From Nemertoderma westbladi (taxonomy: Eukaryota; Animalia; Xenacoelomorpha), in assembly GCA_032718475.1 (NCBI GenBank), contig JAUCBJ010001372.1:1-64000 (forward strand): a stretch of DNA of 64,000 nt. Reading direction: 5' to 3'. A model generated the notes under the pieces. It was not told the DNA's origin and searched no databases. It worked only from the letters and a program-made list of their open reading frames with translations. A program made the translations under genes and the position numbers. Below, one piece after another: positions 37,726 to 51,775 of the stretch; positions within the stretch are counted from its first letter, which is position 1, and each line of letters opens with the position of its first letter.

Positions 37726-38599
37726 CTTGCATGGATGAATAATGTCTTAAAAAGGTTCGATAATAATAATGGGTAATAAAAGGCTTAAATTAATTGAAAC
37801 AAAGGTTTGCCAAAAAGTTTTTGGAAAAGTTTTTTGGACTTTTTGGAGATACTGGGTTTTGGCATAAATCCAAAGCCCAATATCTCCAAAAAGTTTCATA
37901 TCAAAACCCAGTATCTCCAAATAGTTTCATATCAAAACCATCAATGACTATGCTATGCCTATTTCACGACTATTTCATGAGTAATAATTAAATTCTGGTA
38001 AATAGATTCCTGTTTTTTATTGGATGGCTAAATTAACCAATAGGCTTCCCTTGGTTCTGACAAATTTTGGGTTCATTTAATAGCTTTGATCATCAATCGC
38101 AGAAGGTCCAAAGTCTTCTGCGTTTTTCTCAAAATGAAAAATTTGGGGATACTGGGTTTTGGAATGAAAGGGCCGTATAGCAGGGTTAGGTATGCGCCAT
38201 GTATATCGGACAAAGCAGTGATGTATGTGTATTGAACATTTTCGAGGTGTAGGCTTAGCGTTTACCCCATTTGTTTATGTGAGAAAATATTTTGAAAAAA
38301 ATAGAGTTAAATAAATGCTAACTGAAAGTGACTATCCTCAACAATAAGCATTATCTGGCTAGCAGGTTTATTGACTCACTTAAACATCAAGTGGATCTAC
38401 CTATCAATATAATCCATATAGTGTCGTCCCAGTCATGCAAATTGCTTTCATTAAAAGGGAAAGAAGACGATTTTGGGAACAATGGAGCAGCTGTAGAGAT
38501 AAATTTGAAAGGGTTGTCAAGTAAATAGATAAGTCAAATCGCTTGTGAATCAATATATAATCGGCCTCATCCATTGCAGCTGGAAATGAATGATCGGTC

Positions 38600-38900
38600 T
38601 GTCAACAACAGTGCGCCGCTATCACTCCCTATCACCCATGACTTTCGCGAGATTATCTGCATCTTCAAGGCCAGTGTCAGTTAAGAGTTAATAGGCATCT
38701 TAAGGAAGTCATAGGCTGTCCCCATCTTGCTTATTTTCTCCATGAGAGTGCCAAAGCACAAGATTGTGCACAGGTTAGTCCTCACAGCTAAAGCAATGTC
38801 CTGCGAAGCAGACGTGAATCTGTTCAAGTCACAAGATTGGGAGGACCTCCAATAATATATAGTGTCTGGATGGAGATGTGTGCATTGTACTTGACAGTCA
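38600..38900 (-). mobile_element. RTE-like LINE 3' fragment
   Basis: CTCCCTATCACCCATGAC..CATCTTCAAGGCCAGTGTC and GGAGATGTGTGCATTGTACTTGACA match 50160-50441. Confidence 0.75.
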
Positions 38901-39176
38901 CAGTGAAGCCAGTGTGGCATTCATGTGTATGTGTCATCCAGATATTTGGTCCTCCTGGACAGCCCATTCAATGTAACTCATGCCTTCCCTTCACCTGACC
39001 TCCGGATCCCTTGATCCCAGGTAGGAGTCATTGGTCTGCCAGTTCTGTTTTGTCATAGAAATATACTTTTCATAGCTAATTTTACTAAAAGGAATGAGTG
39101 AATATTGTATATCCAACTTGGCAAGGCAGATTAACTTTCGGGTAATTACACAATTTAATTCAATCCCTGAAATTGA

Positions 39177-39417
39177 GAGACAGGGGGGAAACTGGATGCA
39201 AAACCCGCCTTGTCGAATTAATATCCCGCCTCAATGTTAAAAGCTCAATTTAGGGAATGGAGCCGGTTACAGTGGCACGTTATTTTAACCAAAACAATAA
39301 ACTAAACACAATAGAACAGGTTACAATATTATTTTTGAGAGTAACCAGCTGTTATTTGCGTCCAATTTCCCCTGGAGAGGGATGAATTTTTATTGCATCC
39401 AGTTTACCCCCTATCTG
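39177..39417. mobile_element. hAT-type MITE (241 bp); partial copies at ~1815-1910, ~53460-53640, ~53850-53965
   Basis: TIR (G/C)AGACAGGGGGGAAACTGGATGCAA / TTGCATCCAGTTTACCCCCTATCTG with 8-bp TSD GAAATTGA. Confidence 0.8.
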
Positions 39418-41363
39418 GAAATTGAATAATGTCAGACATTCCTAGGGTAAAGTGATGAGGGGAATGATATAGTTAAAGTTAATAATTGTTTTTCATCTAG
39501 ATTTGGACTTGCTGAGAAAGTAATGTTCTTCGATAAGAGAACAGTCTCGGAAATAAGCACTTTTTGTCGCTAATTTTAATTTACCCAGATTCAATTATGC
39601 TGTCAGAGAGTTTTAGGTTTTGCAGGAATTGCACCTAAAATGCCATCGAATGCAAAATTCAATACACGAGGGCAGAACATCTGAATTTCGGTTAAATTAA
39701 ATTACAGTAGTGACAATAAATTATTTCTGAAATTATTTCTTTTTTTTTTATCAACAACTATTTTATCTACAAGTAATTGATCCTTTTTTTTATCTATTAG
39801 GGCCTATATTTATAAAACTAGTTTACGGTAAAAAAAAATTAATTTCGCACTACCATATCTCCACGCCATGCATTTACTATGTACAGTATTTCCAGTATGT
39901 CATTATTTGGTTGTTCTAGAAAGTTTAAGAGCATATAACTAATAATAATTCCCCACAAATAGATAAAATTAAATTCCCCACTGTTCATAATTAGCACTTT
40001 AAAGTTTTACTGCCCATGTTTTATTATTTCCCTGCCATCAGGTCTCGAACTAATAACACAGCACCTGTCAGTCGACTGAGCTAGAATTTTGCACTTTCTA
40101 TCACAAATTTAGGGATAGAAAGTACTCGAAAGATGCACTTTCTTGCTCTGTTTCCGGACTTTTCAGATAAAAATATTGTATATATTGTATATATAATTGT
40201 GGCTGTGGGTCCAGTAAATGCTGAAATGATATATAGAAAATCTCATCACAACATTTGAGTCTTGTGGTAATAGTACTGACTCATGATAGCACTGTCAGAT
40301 AGCTGCCGTACATACCACATTCTGACATTCCTGCACTACAGCACTAGAGACTAGCTTAACCGGTAACACATTCTTACTAAAAGCCAGAGGCCCTAGAGTA
40401 TACTGTATATTATATACTATATGCATATATATACTAATATACTATGTATATTGTATACTATGTATACTGTATCTTATAAAAGTCATGACAATATTACTGC
40501 CAATAATTTATTTACCATTTAAATAAGAGAACTTGTCAGTGGATAAATATATGTGTGCAACCAAATTCAAAGATTTCAAGATTGCATTTTATGTATAACC
40601 CAAATAATCCACATAAATGAAAACATTGAGGGTCTTTAGCTGGATTATTATATTAATTACAGATAACAATAGTAAACGCACAAAAAAAAATTAGTGCACA
40701 CAAAAAATAATTTTTGCGCACAATAAATAATTTTTTTTCACGCAAAAATTTTTTTCTGCACGCAAAAAATAATCATTAAGAGCAAAAAATATATTAGGCA
40801 TGCAAAAAAATAATTATAACAAATAAATATTTCAGGAAGTTTATTTGAACTGTTTGCTGTCTGACTTTATTATGTTGTGTGCATGTGCGCATGCCCAATG
40901 CGCATATGTTAAACCGGTTGTTACCAGTATCAGTAAGGAATGCAGTGCTTACTCAAGAGTTGAGAGTAAAATATCTTGGAAATTACTTCTCAAGGTAACC
41001 CACCAAATTAAAATTATCCGAATTATATGCATGTTTATATAAAGAATCTGCTAAAAAAATGGTGAATCTAGGCTTATTTATAATTTATGCTTTTTTGAGA
41101 AGAAACACTTTATTAATTAATTAAGTGCTCGTTATAAATTTCAATTTCTAAATAATCGATATTATTACTATAATAATGGTTGAACGGTTTATTGTTTATA
41201 TTTGCTCTGCTGGGCCATTCTGTTATATTATAATCCGGTAATTGTATTTAATAATGTATAAATTCATGTCTAGTCTAATTTAAGTACTGTATACTGGAGT
41301 TGTGCAATTATAAGTAGACCCTTAATTGGGTACAGTTAATTGATTAAATATACTACTACTTAA

Positions 41364-43018
41364 CCCTATTACCACTGGGGGGGGGGGGGGGGGGGGGGGG
41401 CGAATCGGCCCCAGTTTTTAGTTGCTGTAACTATGCAACCACATTACTTACGTACCGGCCCAATTTATATTGAGAATTATCCAAATTTAATGCCGCATCT
41501 TTTGCAAAAAACGACGGTGCAATTGGATTTTTACTTTTCGATGTGGGTGCCACCATGACCTACTATAACTATAACTATAACTGTTATAGTAGGTCATGGT
41601 GCCACCTCAAAATTTGGTCTCCAGCACCAAATTTTTTGAAATTTTCGAATTTTACAAAGTCATTCGTGATTTAGTAATTATTTATGTTTGGGCTATTTTT
41701 ATTAATTTTTATTGGTTTGGATTACTCTAATGCTTTTATACAAGTATGTAAGTGTAGTGGTACGTCATTTTTGGAGCACCAAAATTAGGGCGTGGCACTT
41801 TAAAATTTCAAAATTACTTTATTCGGAAAATTTACTAAAGTTTTGATTTCGAAGCATTTTTATTGGTTTTCTGGCGCGCTGAATCGATTGAAAGTAATAT
41901 AGAAGGCGAAGACTTAGTGGTTCGCCATTTTTGGTGCACCAAAATTAGGGCGTGGCACTTCAAATTTTCAAAATTACTTTATTCTGAAAAAACACTAAAG
42001 TTTTGATTTCAAAAAATGGCTAACCTCTAAGTCTTCATTCAGGCTTCTATATTACTTTCAATCGATTCGGCGGTCTAGAAAACCTATATAAATGTGTTAA
42101 AATTTCAATTTTGGTTTATTTTCCGAATCTCGTATTTTTCAAAATTTGAAGTGCCATCCCCTAATTTTGGTGCACCAAAAATGGCGAACCACTAAGTCTT
42201 CAGGCTTCTATATTACTTTCAATCGATTCAGCGCTCCAGAAAACCTATAAAAATACTTTGCAAATCAACACTTTAGTATATTTTCCGAATCTCGAATTTT
42301 TCAAAATTTGAAGGGCCACGCCCTAATTTTGGTGCACCAAAAATGGCGAACCACTACGTCTTCAGGCTTCTATATTACTTTCAATCGATTCGGCGGTCTA
42401 GAAAACCTATATAAATGCGTTAAAATTTCAATTTTGGTTTATTTTCCGAATCTCGTATTTTTCAAAATTTGAAGTGCCACGCCCTAATTTTGGTGCACCA
42501 AATATGGCGAACAACTAAGTCTTCAGGCTTCTATATTACTTTCAATCGATTCAGCGGCCCAGAAAACCTATAAAGATGCGTTGAAATAAAAAATTAGGGG
42601 CATTTTCTGAATATCTAATTTTTCAAAATTTGAAGTGCCACAACCACTTCTTAGGTGCACGAAAAATAGCATCCACTTCAATTTTTGAAAATGGAATATA
42701 TTCACATTCGATTCAGCGTCTTGAAAAACCTACTAAATCTAGCCAACACTGCCACACTATTAGTTTTTCGAAAACGAAAAACTTTGTAATTTTGTCCTGG
42801 GACTACTTTTATTTTTCATCACAATTATGAGTCCCTGCTTATGAAATTTTAACTTTTTAAGGTTTGGTAGTGTTCATCTATAGTTGTTTCACCAACAGCC
42901 CAAATTTTGTAGGATTTCATTGGACGAATACAAAAATATAGTGGGCGGGCCGAATCGCCCCCCCCCCCCCCCCCCCCCCAGTGGTGCTAATGGTCAAAAC
43001 ACCCCAGTGGTAATAGGG
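41364..43018. mobile_element. Non-autonomous piggyBac-type element
   Basis: TTAA TSD on both sides, 17-bp TIR CCCTATTACCACTGGGG, inner inverted motif GGGCGAATCGGCCC, and internal ~160-bp GCACCAAAATTAGGGCGTGGCAC repeats in both orientations. Confidence 0.92.
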
Positions 43019-45359
43019 TTAACCAGTAATAAAGAAAGGCTTCAGTACCACTCGGAAACTACCAGGCCGGGTTAATAGGCTACTTTGTTGGTACATGGTG
43101 TAGGCACTATTTTCATTACTGAATTAGATACACTAGTGCACACCAGCAGCAGTGGTGTATAACAGTATGGACTCTGTTATAAACCTATGCCATCATTGCC
43201 GAGAAGATGTTCAACTTTCTCTTAACTATTGTTGGTGTTCCAGGAATCCCCTAACACAAGTGGCACCAGTACTGGTACCACTACCAGTACCTCTAACAAC
43301 AATGACAGATCTTCCACTGTTTCCACTGTCGAACGATGAGAAGAATGCCATTCTTTACTTGCGAACGAATTAAACCGTGTATTCGCTCCTTATTCCACGC
43401 CTGGAAGAGCAATGGCTGGTGCCTCTGGAAGACAAGGATTGTTGGCCAATCGGATTTGCCAGTCGACACTGGTGAGACTGTGGTCGCAGTCCCCTGCTGG
43501 GCGAGGTCTGCCGCTAATCCAACACTTTAATCAATGACTTATCTTTATATGAGAGAATTGTGAGTCATTGCTACAAACTTCGGTTATAAAACACTGTATA
43601 TTGGAGTACACTATACTCGATGATGAGAGTTCTTTTAAAGAAAAAATTAACTATCTTCTACATTCCCCACCACAATGTTCTCATGAATACAACTTCGTAA
43701 AGGTTCCGAATAAAATTATAACACCTATTTATGTGGGGGGAAATTTCCATTTTGATAGGAAAGGGCTTACATGCATTGTTGTATCCTGGAAATAGAGCCA
43801 TTTATGTCTAGGTCATTGGGTGTATCGGTTTAGGATTAGACATGCATGAAAGTGGCGTACCTTTAAGGTGAGATTGATGATCACGAAGAGTTAAGATCCA
43901 CAGATAGGATTGAAGACAGTGAAACAATGTACAATATCCTGGTAGGCAATGGATGTATTGGTAGTATATGTAGTCCTCCACTCATCACTGAGCCGTGTAC
44001 TCTTATCGAGATATTAGGTGACATGGAAAATACAATCAATCTCGACAATAATGTAAATCTAATCAATGTGTGTCGAGATTATGTTTTGGATAGTGTGTTT
44101 CGAGCATTCGAACGACTTTAACTCATTATTAACCCATTCAATTACAATTCATTTCAATTCGCCTGCGAGCAATCTTCACCCACTAAACAATGATTGTTTT
44201 GGTTAGAAAAAGCCGTCGCTGTAACCTGATCCTTTCCCTCAATTGGTAACTTTTTTTTTAGCTATGGGCATGTAGGATTGTATTTATAATCATTGATCGA
44301 GAGAGAGAGTAATTGACAGATAACAGTACCATTACTAAGAATATATTATTTAATGAATTAAGATTTTAGGCTTTACACTGATAAAATAGCTGACCGCGAG
44401 GCAGGAAAAAATCAGTTTACAGGGTTAATTATTTCAACAAATCAACAAATTTTTTTCTAAGAGTGTAGTTCTGTTTCATCTCCTCCTTTGCCAACTTCTT
44501 CATAAACTTGACCTTCATACCCTCGGCTCTTCTTCCACGGCCCCGTAAACTAAAATGGTTTCTAACACAAATCTTATTGTAAACATAGCAGTGAACATAA
44601 CTTCTTGTTATAACCTAAGTGCACCATTTTCCATACGTCATAGCCTAATCACACAATTATTTGATTTATAACATTTTTGTGGAGCACTTAATATTTGGTG
44701 TAATTTCGTTTCAATAGTGTTTTTGATTGATTCACAATCTATTGCCATAAGTCTAGTATCATGACTTGGTTGCTTGTAGACAGTTTTATTTTAATTCCTG
44801 AATTGTGTCCAATATGTTAAATTAGTTGATTGTTTGTTATGTATTCTGTGTGCATAACTTTTATCCGAACCAGCATATTTTTACTGTGTTTTTTTTAAAG
44901 CTTGTATGTTATATTGACCCCTGTACTGGGTTTAATGTATGATCTAATTTTTAACTGAAATGTGCAAATAAATTCAAATGCCAGCCTGCCTGGTGTAACC
45001 TTTCAAAAAAATATATTGGGCGAAAAATGCCTTGCGGACGAAGGTTTCCCCCAGGTGAAGGTTGGACCAGGACGAAGATTGGACACAGGTGAAGATTGTA
45101 AGTGGGCGAAGGTTGCACCCAACCATCCTGTAATAGTACATACAGTATTTTGCTCAGATTAGAATCTGCTTATGATGTAGCTACTACTAGTACCTTTTGA
45201 GTGTGTTGTGTATTACCAATAAAAGGGATGTTTATCTGCAACTCTCCCCCGCATATTTAGGCCCACGAAGCAAGACCTCTAGTATTCACTCCGTTGTTGG
45301 TGTTATGGTGTTGTTGTTGATAATTTCCAGTTGGGTTTTATTTTTTTAAGGCTTCATAT

Positions 45360-45615
45360 GGCGCAGTGGCGGAGTTAGTAAAGCGTGGACTTGGTATCTC
45401 TAGGCCTACATACCGAGTTCAATCCCACGTTCCGGTGAAGTCTTTTGATGTAAGATTGGTAGTAAGCTATTCAAGGAGACAGTTAATGCGTTAGTAGACT
45501 GGTAGACGCGGACCTGCGCGATTTCGCACTTGTTTATGTTGTGCTTTGTATACAAATGATGGAACTGTTGGCGGACTCCCATGTAGACCCTACTGTAGTT
45601 TTGCTTTCTACCTAC
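45360..45615 (+). mobile_element. tRNA-derived SINE-like element
   Basis: Pol III A-box TGGCGGAGTTAG and B-box GAGTTCAATCC with tRNA-like spacing, but no intact cloverleaf. Confidence 0.55.
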
Positions 45616-45724
45616 TGTATACAATTAAATCTATTATAAAATTTATCCAAATTAACATTTGCGCCTGCCTACCCTGATATTGCCTCGCCTACCCAACTAA
45701 AAAATCCTGGCTACGGGCCTGGAT

Positions 45725-47935
45725 TCCACCAAAGGTAACCATTGGTAGCATCTATAGTTGAGAAAAATTGTGCCTCTGGATTAAGGCTTGCAATGATATC
45801 TGCTGGGCATTTAAATGGGTGAACTGGTCTTTCAACATAGTCACTTGAGTTTGCTATAGTCTATGCATGCATATTCTGATGCCTCCCCTTGGTTTTTCAG
45901 TGACGACCATTGGTGCAAGCCATGTTGGTGGAGGCTTCCCTAGGATGGGTTCTACTTTTTTAATAATTTGTAGCTGTACCGTTCTTGACAGTTCTGCTTT
46001 AGTTTCTGCTTCGAGGTGAACAGGAATTTTGCGTGAAGTGTAAATTTTAAATGGAACAGCGTTAGGTTTAAGATGAATTTCCATTTCTGGTACGTTAATA
46101 GGTTTAGACTTTGAGGTATCAAATACATCTGAATATTCAACTAGTAACTCGGCTCTAGTAGTATCAGTAGCGGAGATGGCATGAACTTGTGATACTACAT
46201 ATTCTGGTATTGGATATGATTCAGGAATTATTTTTAGTGATTTGAGTGTATACCATGGTAAAATGAAAGTTGAACCGACTTTGGTAACAATGGGTAATAA
46301 AGGAACTGATATTCCATAATATTCCACATTGAGATTAATTATGCCACATGTTTGAATAACCTGCTTATTCGCTGCATAGGAGAATGTGAAGTGTATATAT
46401 TTTTGATCATGCCATGTGCTAACAAAATATCGTATGGGATAACAGGTGCATCCGCACCTGTATCTGGTAATGCATCAGTTATAAATTCTGGGCTTTTCGG
46501 ATGATAGTTTGGAATGTTGGCTCGTTTGAGAAACAATGGGACATGTACAACATGTGGTAATGTATTGATGTCTTGCGTTTTGTCATAATCTCCTGAGACA
46601 TAATTTAGGTAGTGGTGAGCACCTAGAGTGGAATACATTTGAGACTGGTGTTCTTCTGATTGATTATTCTCGGGTGACTGATCATTGCTGCATACTGTGC
46701 CTGGTAGACTGCATACTTTATTATAATTCGCAGCTTGAGGGAAGGCCTTACATACTGCTGGAAAGTGGCCTATTTTATAACACTTTGTGCATTGTTTCCT
46801 GACTGCAGGGCATTTTGATTGGTCATTTCGATGAGATGTAGATCCAAAGCAGCAGACACAAGGTCTGGATACCATAGTTGGTGGCGCTCTATATACAGAT
46901 TGCTGAGGGGGGCGATATATTGGATTCCTCCTTTTGTTAGGATAACTTTTTTCAGTCTTAGTTGGTAGAGCCTGAATTGCTTGTATACCTTGATCATGTT
47001 CAGTATTTGATGGAAATACTAAATGTGATTGTAGTGTATGTAAAGCTTGTGCAACCTCGGGATTATTTAAAGGTATTTTTGCTGTATATGAGATATTCCT
47101 GCAAGGGCAGTAATTTCAATATCGCCCTTTACAAAAGCAATACAAATATTCTTGACAATATTTACAGTAACTTTAGGTTTATCTAGTGCAAACAACTTAC
47201 GTTGAAGTTCTTGGTTGTTAATACCGCACATAATTCGAGTTACTAAGTGATGATCGGTGGCACATTTACACCCAGTCACAGGTTCTGTGAGTTCCTGTAG
47301 AGATTGGAGTCTTTCAAAGAAAGCTTCAATGACTCACTGGGTAATTGGGTTGATCGATCAAAATCGCAGCGATGTCGAGCCAAACTAACCTTATTTGTGA
47401 AATAGATTTCCACTGTATGAAGTATTTCACTAACTACAATTGTAGTATTTTCTGGGATCTCCATAGTGTATTTCATTTTTGTTATCATATCTTCACTAAT
47501 ACAAGCACGCAGGCAGATATCCCAATTGCTCTGTTTGAGGCATACTGGACATGCTATTAATGTTATAATAGTCATTAAACTTAGATCGCCACGTTTTATA
47601 TGCTGTCATTGAGATTGATGGAATGAGTTGATTTTGTTGGCTACTGCGGTCTATACGTCTTGGTTGATTTGGAGTTTTTGCGGTAGCTAAAGGCTGATTT
47701 AAATTGCATTTGCACTGAATTATATTAAGTGATGCTTTGACTTAAAACATATGGTTCTTTAGTTCTTCGATTCGAATAGTATCTCTATCATTCTCATCTG
47801 TTGGTTGAATGCCCAGAACTTCGATATGTGCGTTGCTATAGCGTACTACTGCTGCATTATAAGCATCAGCCTTTGCCCGCAATGAGTCTATGTCGTCGTT
47901 GGTCGTATTGTCAATGCTGACCTGGAAAATTGGTT
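45725..47935 (-). pseudogene. Decayed Gypsy gag-protease-RT(N-terminal) fragment
   Basis: CFG..H..CPA..CTKCYKIGHF..VC knuckles, LPDTGA protease, and WLAPMVVTEKPRGGIRIC..FFSTIDATNGY RT start. Many stops and frameshifts; no LTRs found. Confidence 0.85.
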
Positions 47936-48194
47936 CCTGGATCATTGGTTCCCCCAAGCTTGACACTAGAACAAAATCGCCTCTGCTTTGCAGGACATTG
48001 CTTTAGCCGTGAGGACCAGCCAGTATCAGCCAGTAATAAAAATATATTGTCTTCCTAGTAGTGAAAACCGTTTTCAATAATATTGGGTACTTTTCGAGTT
48101 ATAGCGCCATTTTTTAACCCTACTTTTGGCACTTTTTTGAGACGTTTTTTGAAAATGACATTTCATTAAATATGAATTGAAACATCTTTATTTT

Positions 48195-49499
48195 TGATTT
48201 ACACCGGTTTTTTGGTGTTAGAAATTGGATGGAATTCATATAAATTTGATTTGGAAATTTCAAACTCGGTGGGTGCCAAATTTTGGTGCCAGCACCAAAT
48301 TTTGAAATAAGTCAATTTTGTAAATTGATTGTTTGAAACTTGTTTTTTACGCAATTGGGGTTTTTTTGGGTTCTGGATTCGATGAAATATATACGATACG
48401 AGTTGCACCAAGCGTATCAAACTTGTATTTTTCGGTGCTGTGTGCAAATTTTGGTGCTAGCACGAAATTTTGAAAATCCATTCAATAGATAAAATTGCTT
48501 GTGACAATTTATTTCTTGCGTTTTAGAGGTTTATGGCTGTTCTGAATTCAATGGAAAATATAATTATCGAACTAGACATCTCAAACTTGTATTTTTCGGA
48601 TGTGGGTGCAAAATGTGGTGCTAGCACCAAATTTTGAAAACCATCAAATATATCAATTGATTGTGTCACCTTGTTTCTTGCGTTATACGGGTTTGTCATG
48701 GTTCTGAATTCAATGGAATCAGTAAAAATTCCATAAGAGTTCTCAAACTTGTATTTTTCGCCAGTGGGTGAAAATTGTTGTGCCAGCACCAAATTTTGGA
48801 AAATATGCAAATTGAGAAGTACGGTAGATAGTATCACCTTGTTTCTTGCGTTATACGGGTTTATGAGGGTCCTGAATCCGATGGAATTAATAAAAACAGC
48901 ACTGGACATCGCAAACTTGTACTTTTTGGTGATGGGTACGAAATTTGGTGCTAGCACCAAAATTTGCCAAATTACGCCGAAAAATACAAGTAGCAATGAT
49001 CTGGCATATTAGAAATGTATTCCATTAGAATCAGCGCCCTCGAAAACCTGAAAATGTGAATTTATAGCATCGTATAAGTGAATTAAAAATTTTGTGTTCG
49101 AACTGAAATGTGCTGGTTACTTGTTTTTTTCATTTTTTTCGTAGGCAGAGAGGACTAAACAGCCATTTATAGTAATCATATCATTTTTAAATATTTTCCA
49201 ATGTATTTTGCACCCCAGAAAACCTGTATTGAAAATGTATTTATTTAATTATTAATTATTTAATTAGCCGAAAATGTAACTTTCAAATTTTGTGAAAATT
49301 GTGCACTACTTGTAATTTTGGTGCTGCAATATAACCACCACAGTACATTTTTTCGGAAATTTTTTTTCGGTCGGATCCAGACAAGTGATACCTACGTACA
49401 AACAAAAAATCAGACGTTTTCGCAAATATTTGTAGATTTTAGAGGGGGGGGGGGACCCCCCCCACCCGGTATTTGTACATTTTATAGGTACTAATAGGG
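48195..49499 (-). mobile_element. Non-autonomous DNA transposon, inverted homologue of 24670-25745, ending in a piggyBac-like AATAGGG-TTAA terminus
   Basis: Reverse-complement similarity; terminus at 49499 followed by TTAA. The other end was not found. Confidence 0.7.
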
Positions 49500-50084
49500 T
49501 TAAAGAAGGACATGTGGCGTCATAGATATAAAGGCAATGCATCTGATCGCCCTAAAGAAAAGAAAGTAATGTTTGCGAGTGAATGTTTGAAGCCATGGAA
49601 TTCGTGAATTAGCAAAGAAAGTTAATGACATGCTTGCTGAAATGAAAAGCGACCCTGTGTCATTAGTTGTCTGTTGTGACATTGTAATGTTAGCTGAAAG
49701 AGAGTGTCAAAAAATTGGGGAAGACCTCAACCAAAGAAAGTATATCAGAGACAAACTGCGGGAATTGGGGCATTTAGTGTTAGAGCTTCGTAAGGTATGT
49801 AACTTACCAAAATCAACTTACCTGTCAACGTTTTTAGTGCCATTCCACTTTAATGATGTGGTCAATGCTGTCCATGCAGTGTGTGGGTATTCTGTAGAAG
49901 CAAATACCTAAAAGATACCATCACTCGCTCTGAAACGTGGGTATTCGCTTAAGAAGTGTGCAACTATTCTAAGATCCGAAGGTCTCACAATTTGTGATCA
50001 AAAACTTGTTGATAGTTCTGCAAACTTTCTAGAACTATGTAATATTAATTGGAGTTCCTTTGTTTCAATTCCAGCGCACAGAAC

Positions 50085-50452
50085 TACTACTAGGATCGGC
50101 ATGCTGCATTGCAGCTGCATTTTTAAGAATGCTGTGCCGGCTTATCGACAAAATTGCACCGCCACAACTCCCTATCACCCATGACATTTGCTAGATCATC
50201 CGCATCTTCAAGGCCAGTGTCCTTTAAGATGCGTCTCAAGAAAGTCATGGGCTGTCCACCATGCTTATTCACTCCATGAGGCTGCCAAAGTACAAGATTA
50301 TGCACTGGCTGGTCCTCACGGCGAAAGCAATGTCCTGCAAAGCGGAGGCGATTTTGTTCTAGTGTCAAGCTTGGGGGAACCAATGAGACACCTCCAATGT
50401 TATATAGTGTCTGGTTGGAGATGTGTGCATTGTACTTGACACAATGAACCCG
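50085..50452 (-). mobile_element. 5'-truncated RTE-like LINE inserted in the recombinase gene
   Basis: RLRFAGHCFRRED..LWQP..W C-terminus, (TAG)n tail, and TSD GCGCACAGAAC (50074-50084, 50453-50463). Confidence 0.9.
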
Positions 50453-51489
50453 GCGCACAGAACACTTGGTGAAAACAAACGCAACAAGCCCATTGTCTTA
50501 CCAACATCGGAAGATGTGATTAAAATGACCAAGTACTTAAAGGAAAATGCAGATAAGTATTCAAACAAACTATGTAGCAGTGGTGTGAATCAGCTTTCTG
50601 CTTTTGAGAATCTGTCACAAATTACACGATGTCAAATTATACTGTTTAATCGGAGACGGCAAGGGGAAGTATCTAAAATGAAAGTGACTGATTTTGAGAA
50701 AAGGAGCAAAGCTTCCGATAATGCTGATTTCTATCCTGTTTCAGAAATGGAAAAACAGCTTTGCAAAATGTTTACACTGGCTGAAATAGTTGGCAAAAGG
50801 GGGAGACCAGTGCCTGTTTTATTGACCAATGCAGTTCAGAGTAATATTAATCTCTTACTTTCGAAAAGGAAAGAGGTAGGAGTAGATGCTGGAAATACAT
50901 TCTTAGTTCCGAATCCGATACGGAATCCGAAAGGATCCGATACTATTCGCCGACATGCCGGTTCTGCAGAACTAAATCATCCCGAGAATATGCGTTCTAC
51001 TAAATTGCGTAAGCATATTGCAACAAATGCACAAATGATAGCAATGAATGAGCAGGAGTTAGATATGCTAGTTGGGTTTTTGGGTCATGATCTATCTGTA
51101 CATCGGAAGTATTATCGACTACCTGATACTTAATTACCTATAATGAAATTGTCAAAATTGTTTCTTGCCATGGAAAAAGGTCAAGCTAGAGCAGCAGAAA
51201 TAGCTTCAGCACAAGATGAGAATACCATTGATTCCTTAATCAACCTTCCAGAACCTGGTAAGTTGATTTATTAATATTTTACAATCCGGTTTGTAGCCAC
51301 AATAGGGAATGTGGATATTTTTAATGTTCTCGAACATTTTCCCAATAACAAAAATACCGTATTTCTAATATTTCAAAAAATTATAGCTAAAAAAAAACTA
51401 CTAATGATATATATATCCGATATAAATATCTACTAACTTTTTAGAGCATTCACCCATATAAAAAAAAGCACTCAAAAACGCTAAAAAGT

Positions 51490-51775
51490 TTCTACTGGAC
51501 AATTCGGTCCCGGATATTTCAGCCCCAGACAATTCGGTCCCAGACAATTCGGTCCCGGACTATTCGGTTGCGGACATTTCAGTCCCGGACATTTTGGTCC
51601 CGGACAATTCGGTCCCGGATAATTCAGTCCCGGACATTTCAGAGCTGGACATTTCAGAGCCGGACACTTCTGTCCTGGAGAATTCGGTCCTACGTCAATT
51701 CGGTCCCATTTATTTTGTGTTTTGGGGCCGAATTGTCCGGGATCGAATTGTACGGGACCGAATTGTCCTTCATCT
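51490..51775. mobile_element. Foldback MITE of 15-bp repeats (GGACAATTCGGTCCC) in an intron
   Basis: About 14 direct copies, then inverted GGGACCGAATTGTCC copies. Confidence 0.8.

Noticed and set aside
45360-45437. Functional tRNA gene
   Set aside because: A and B boxes are present, but the acceptor and anticodon stems do not pair. Treated as a SINE head.
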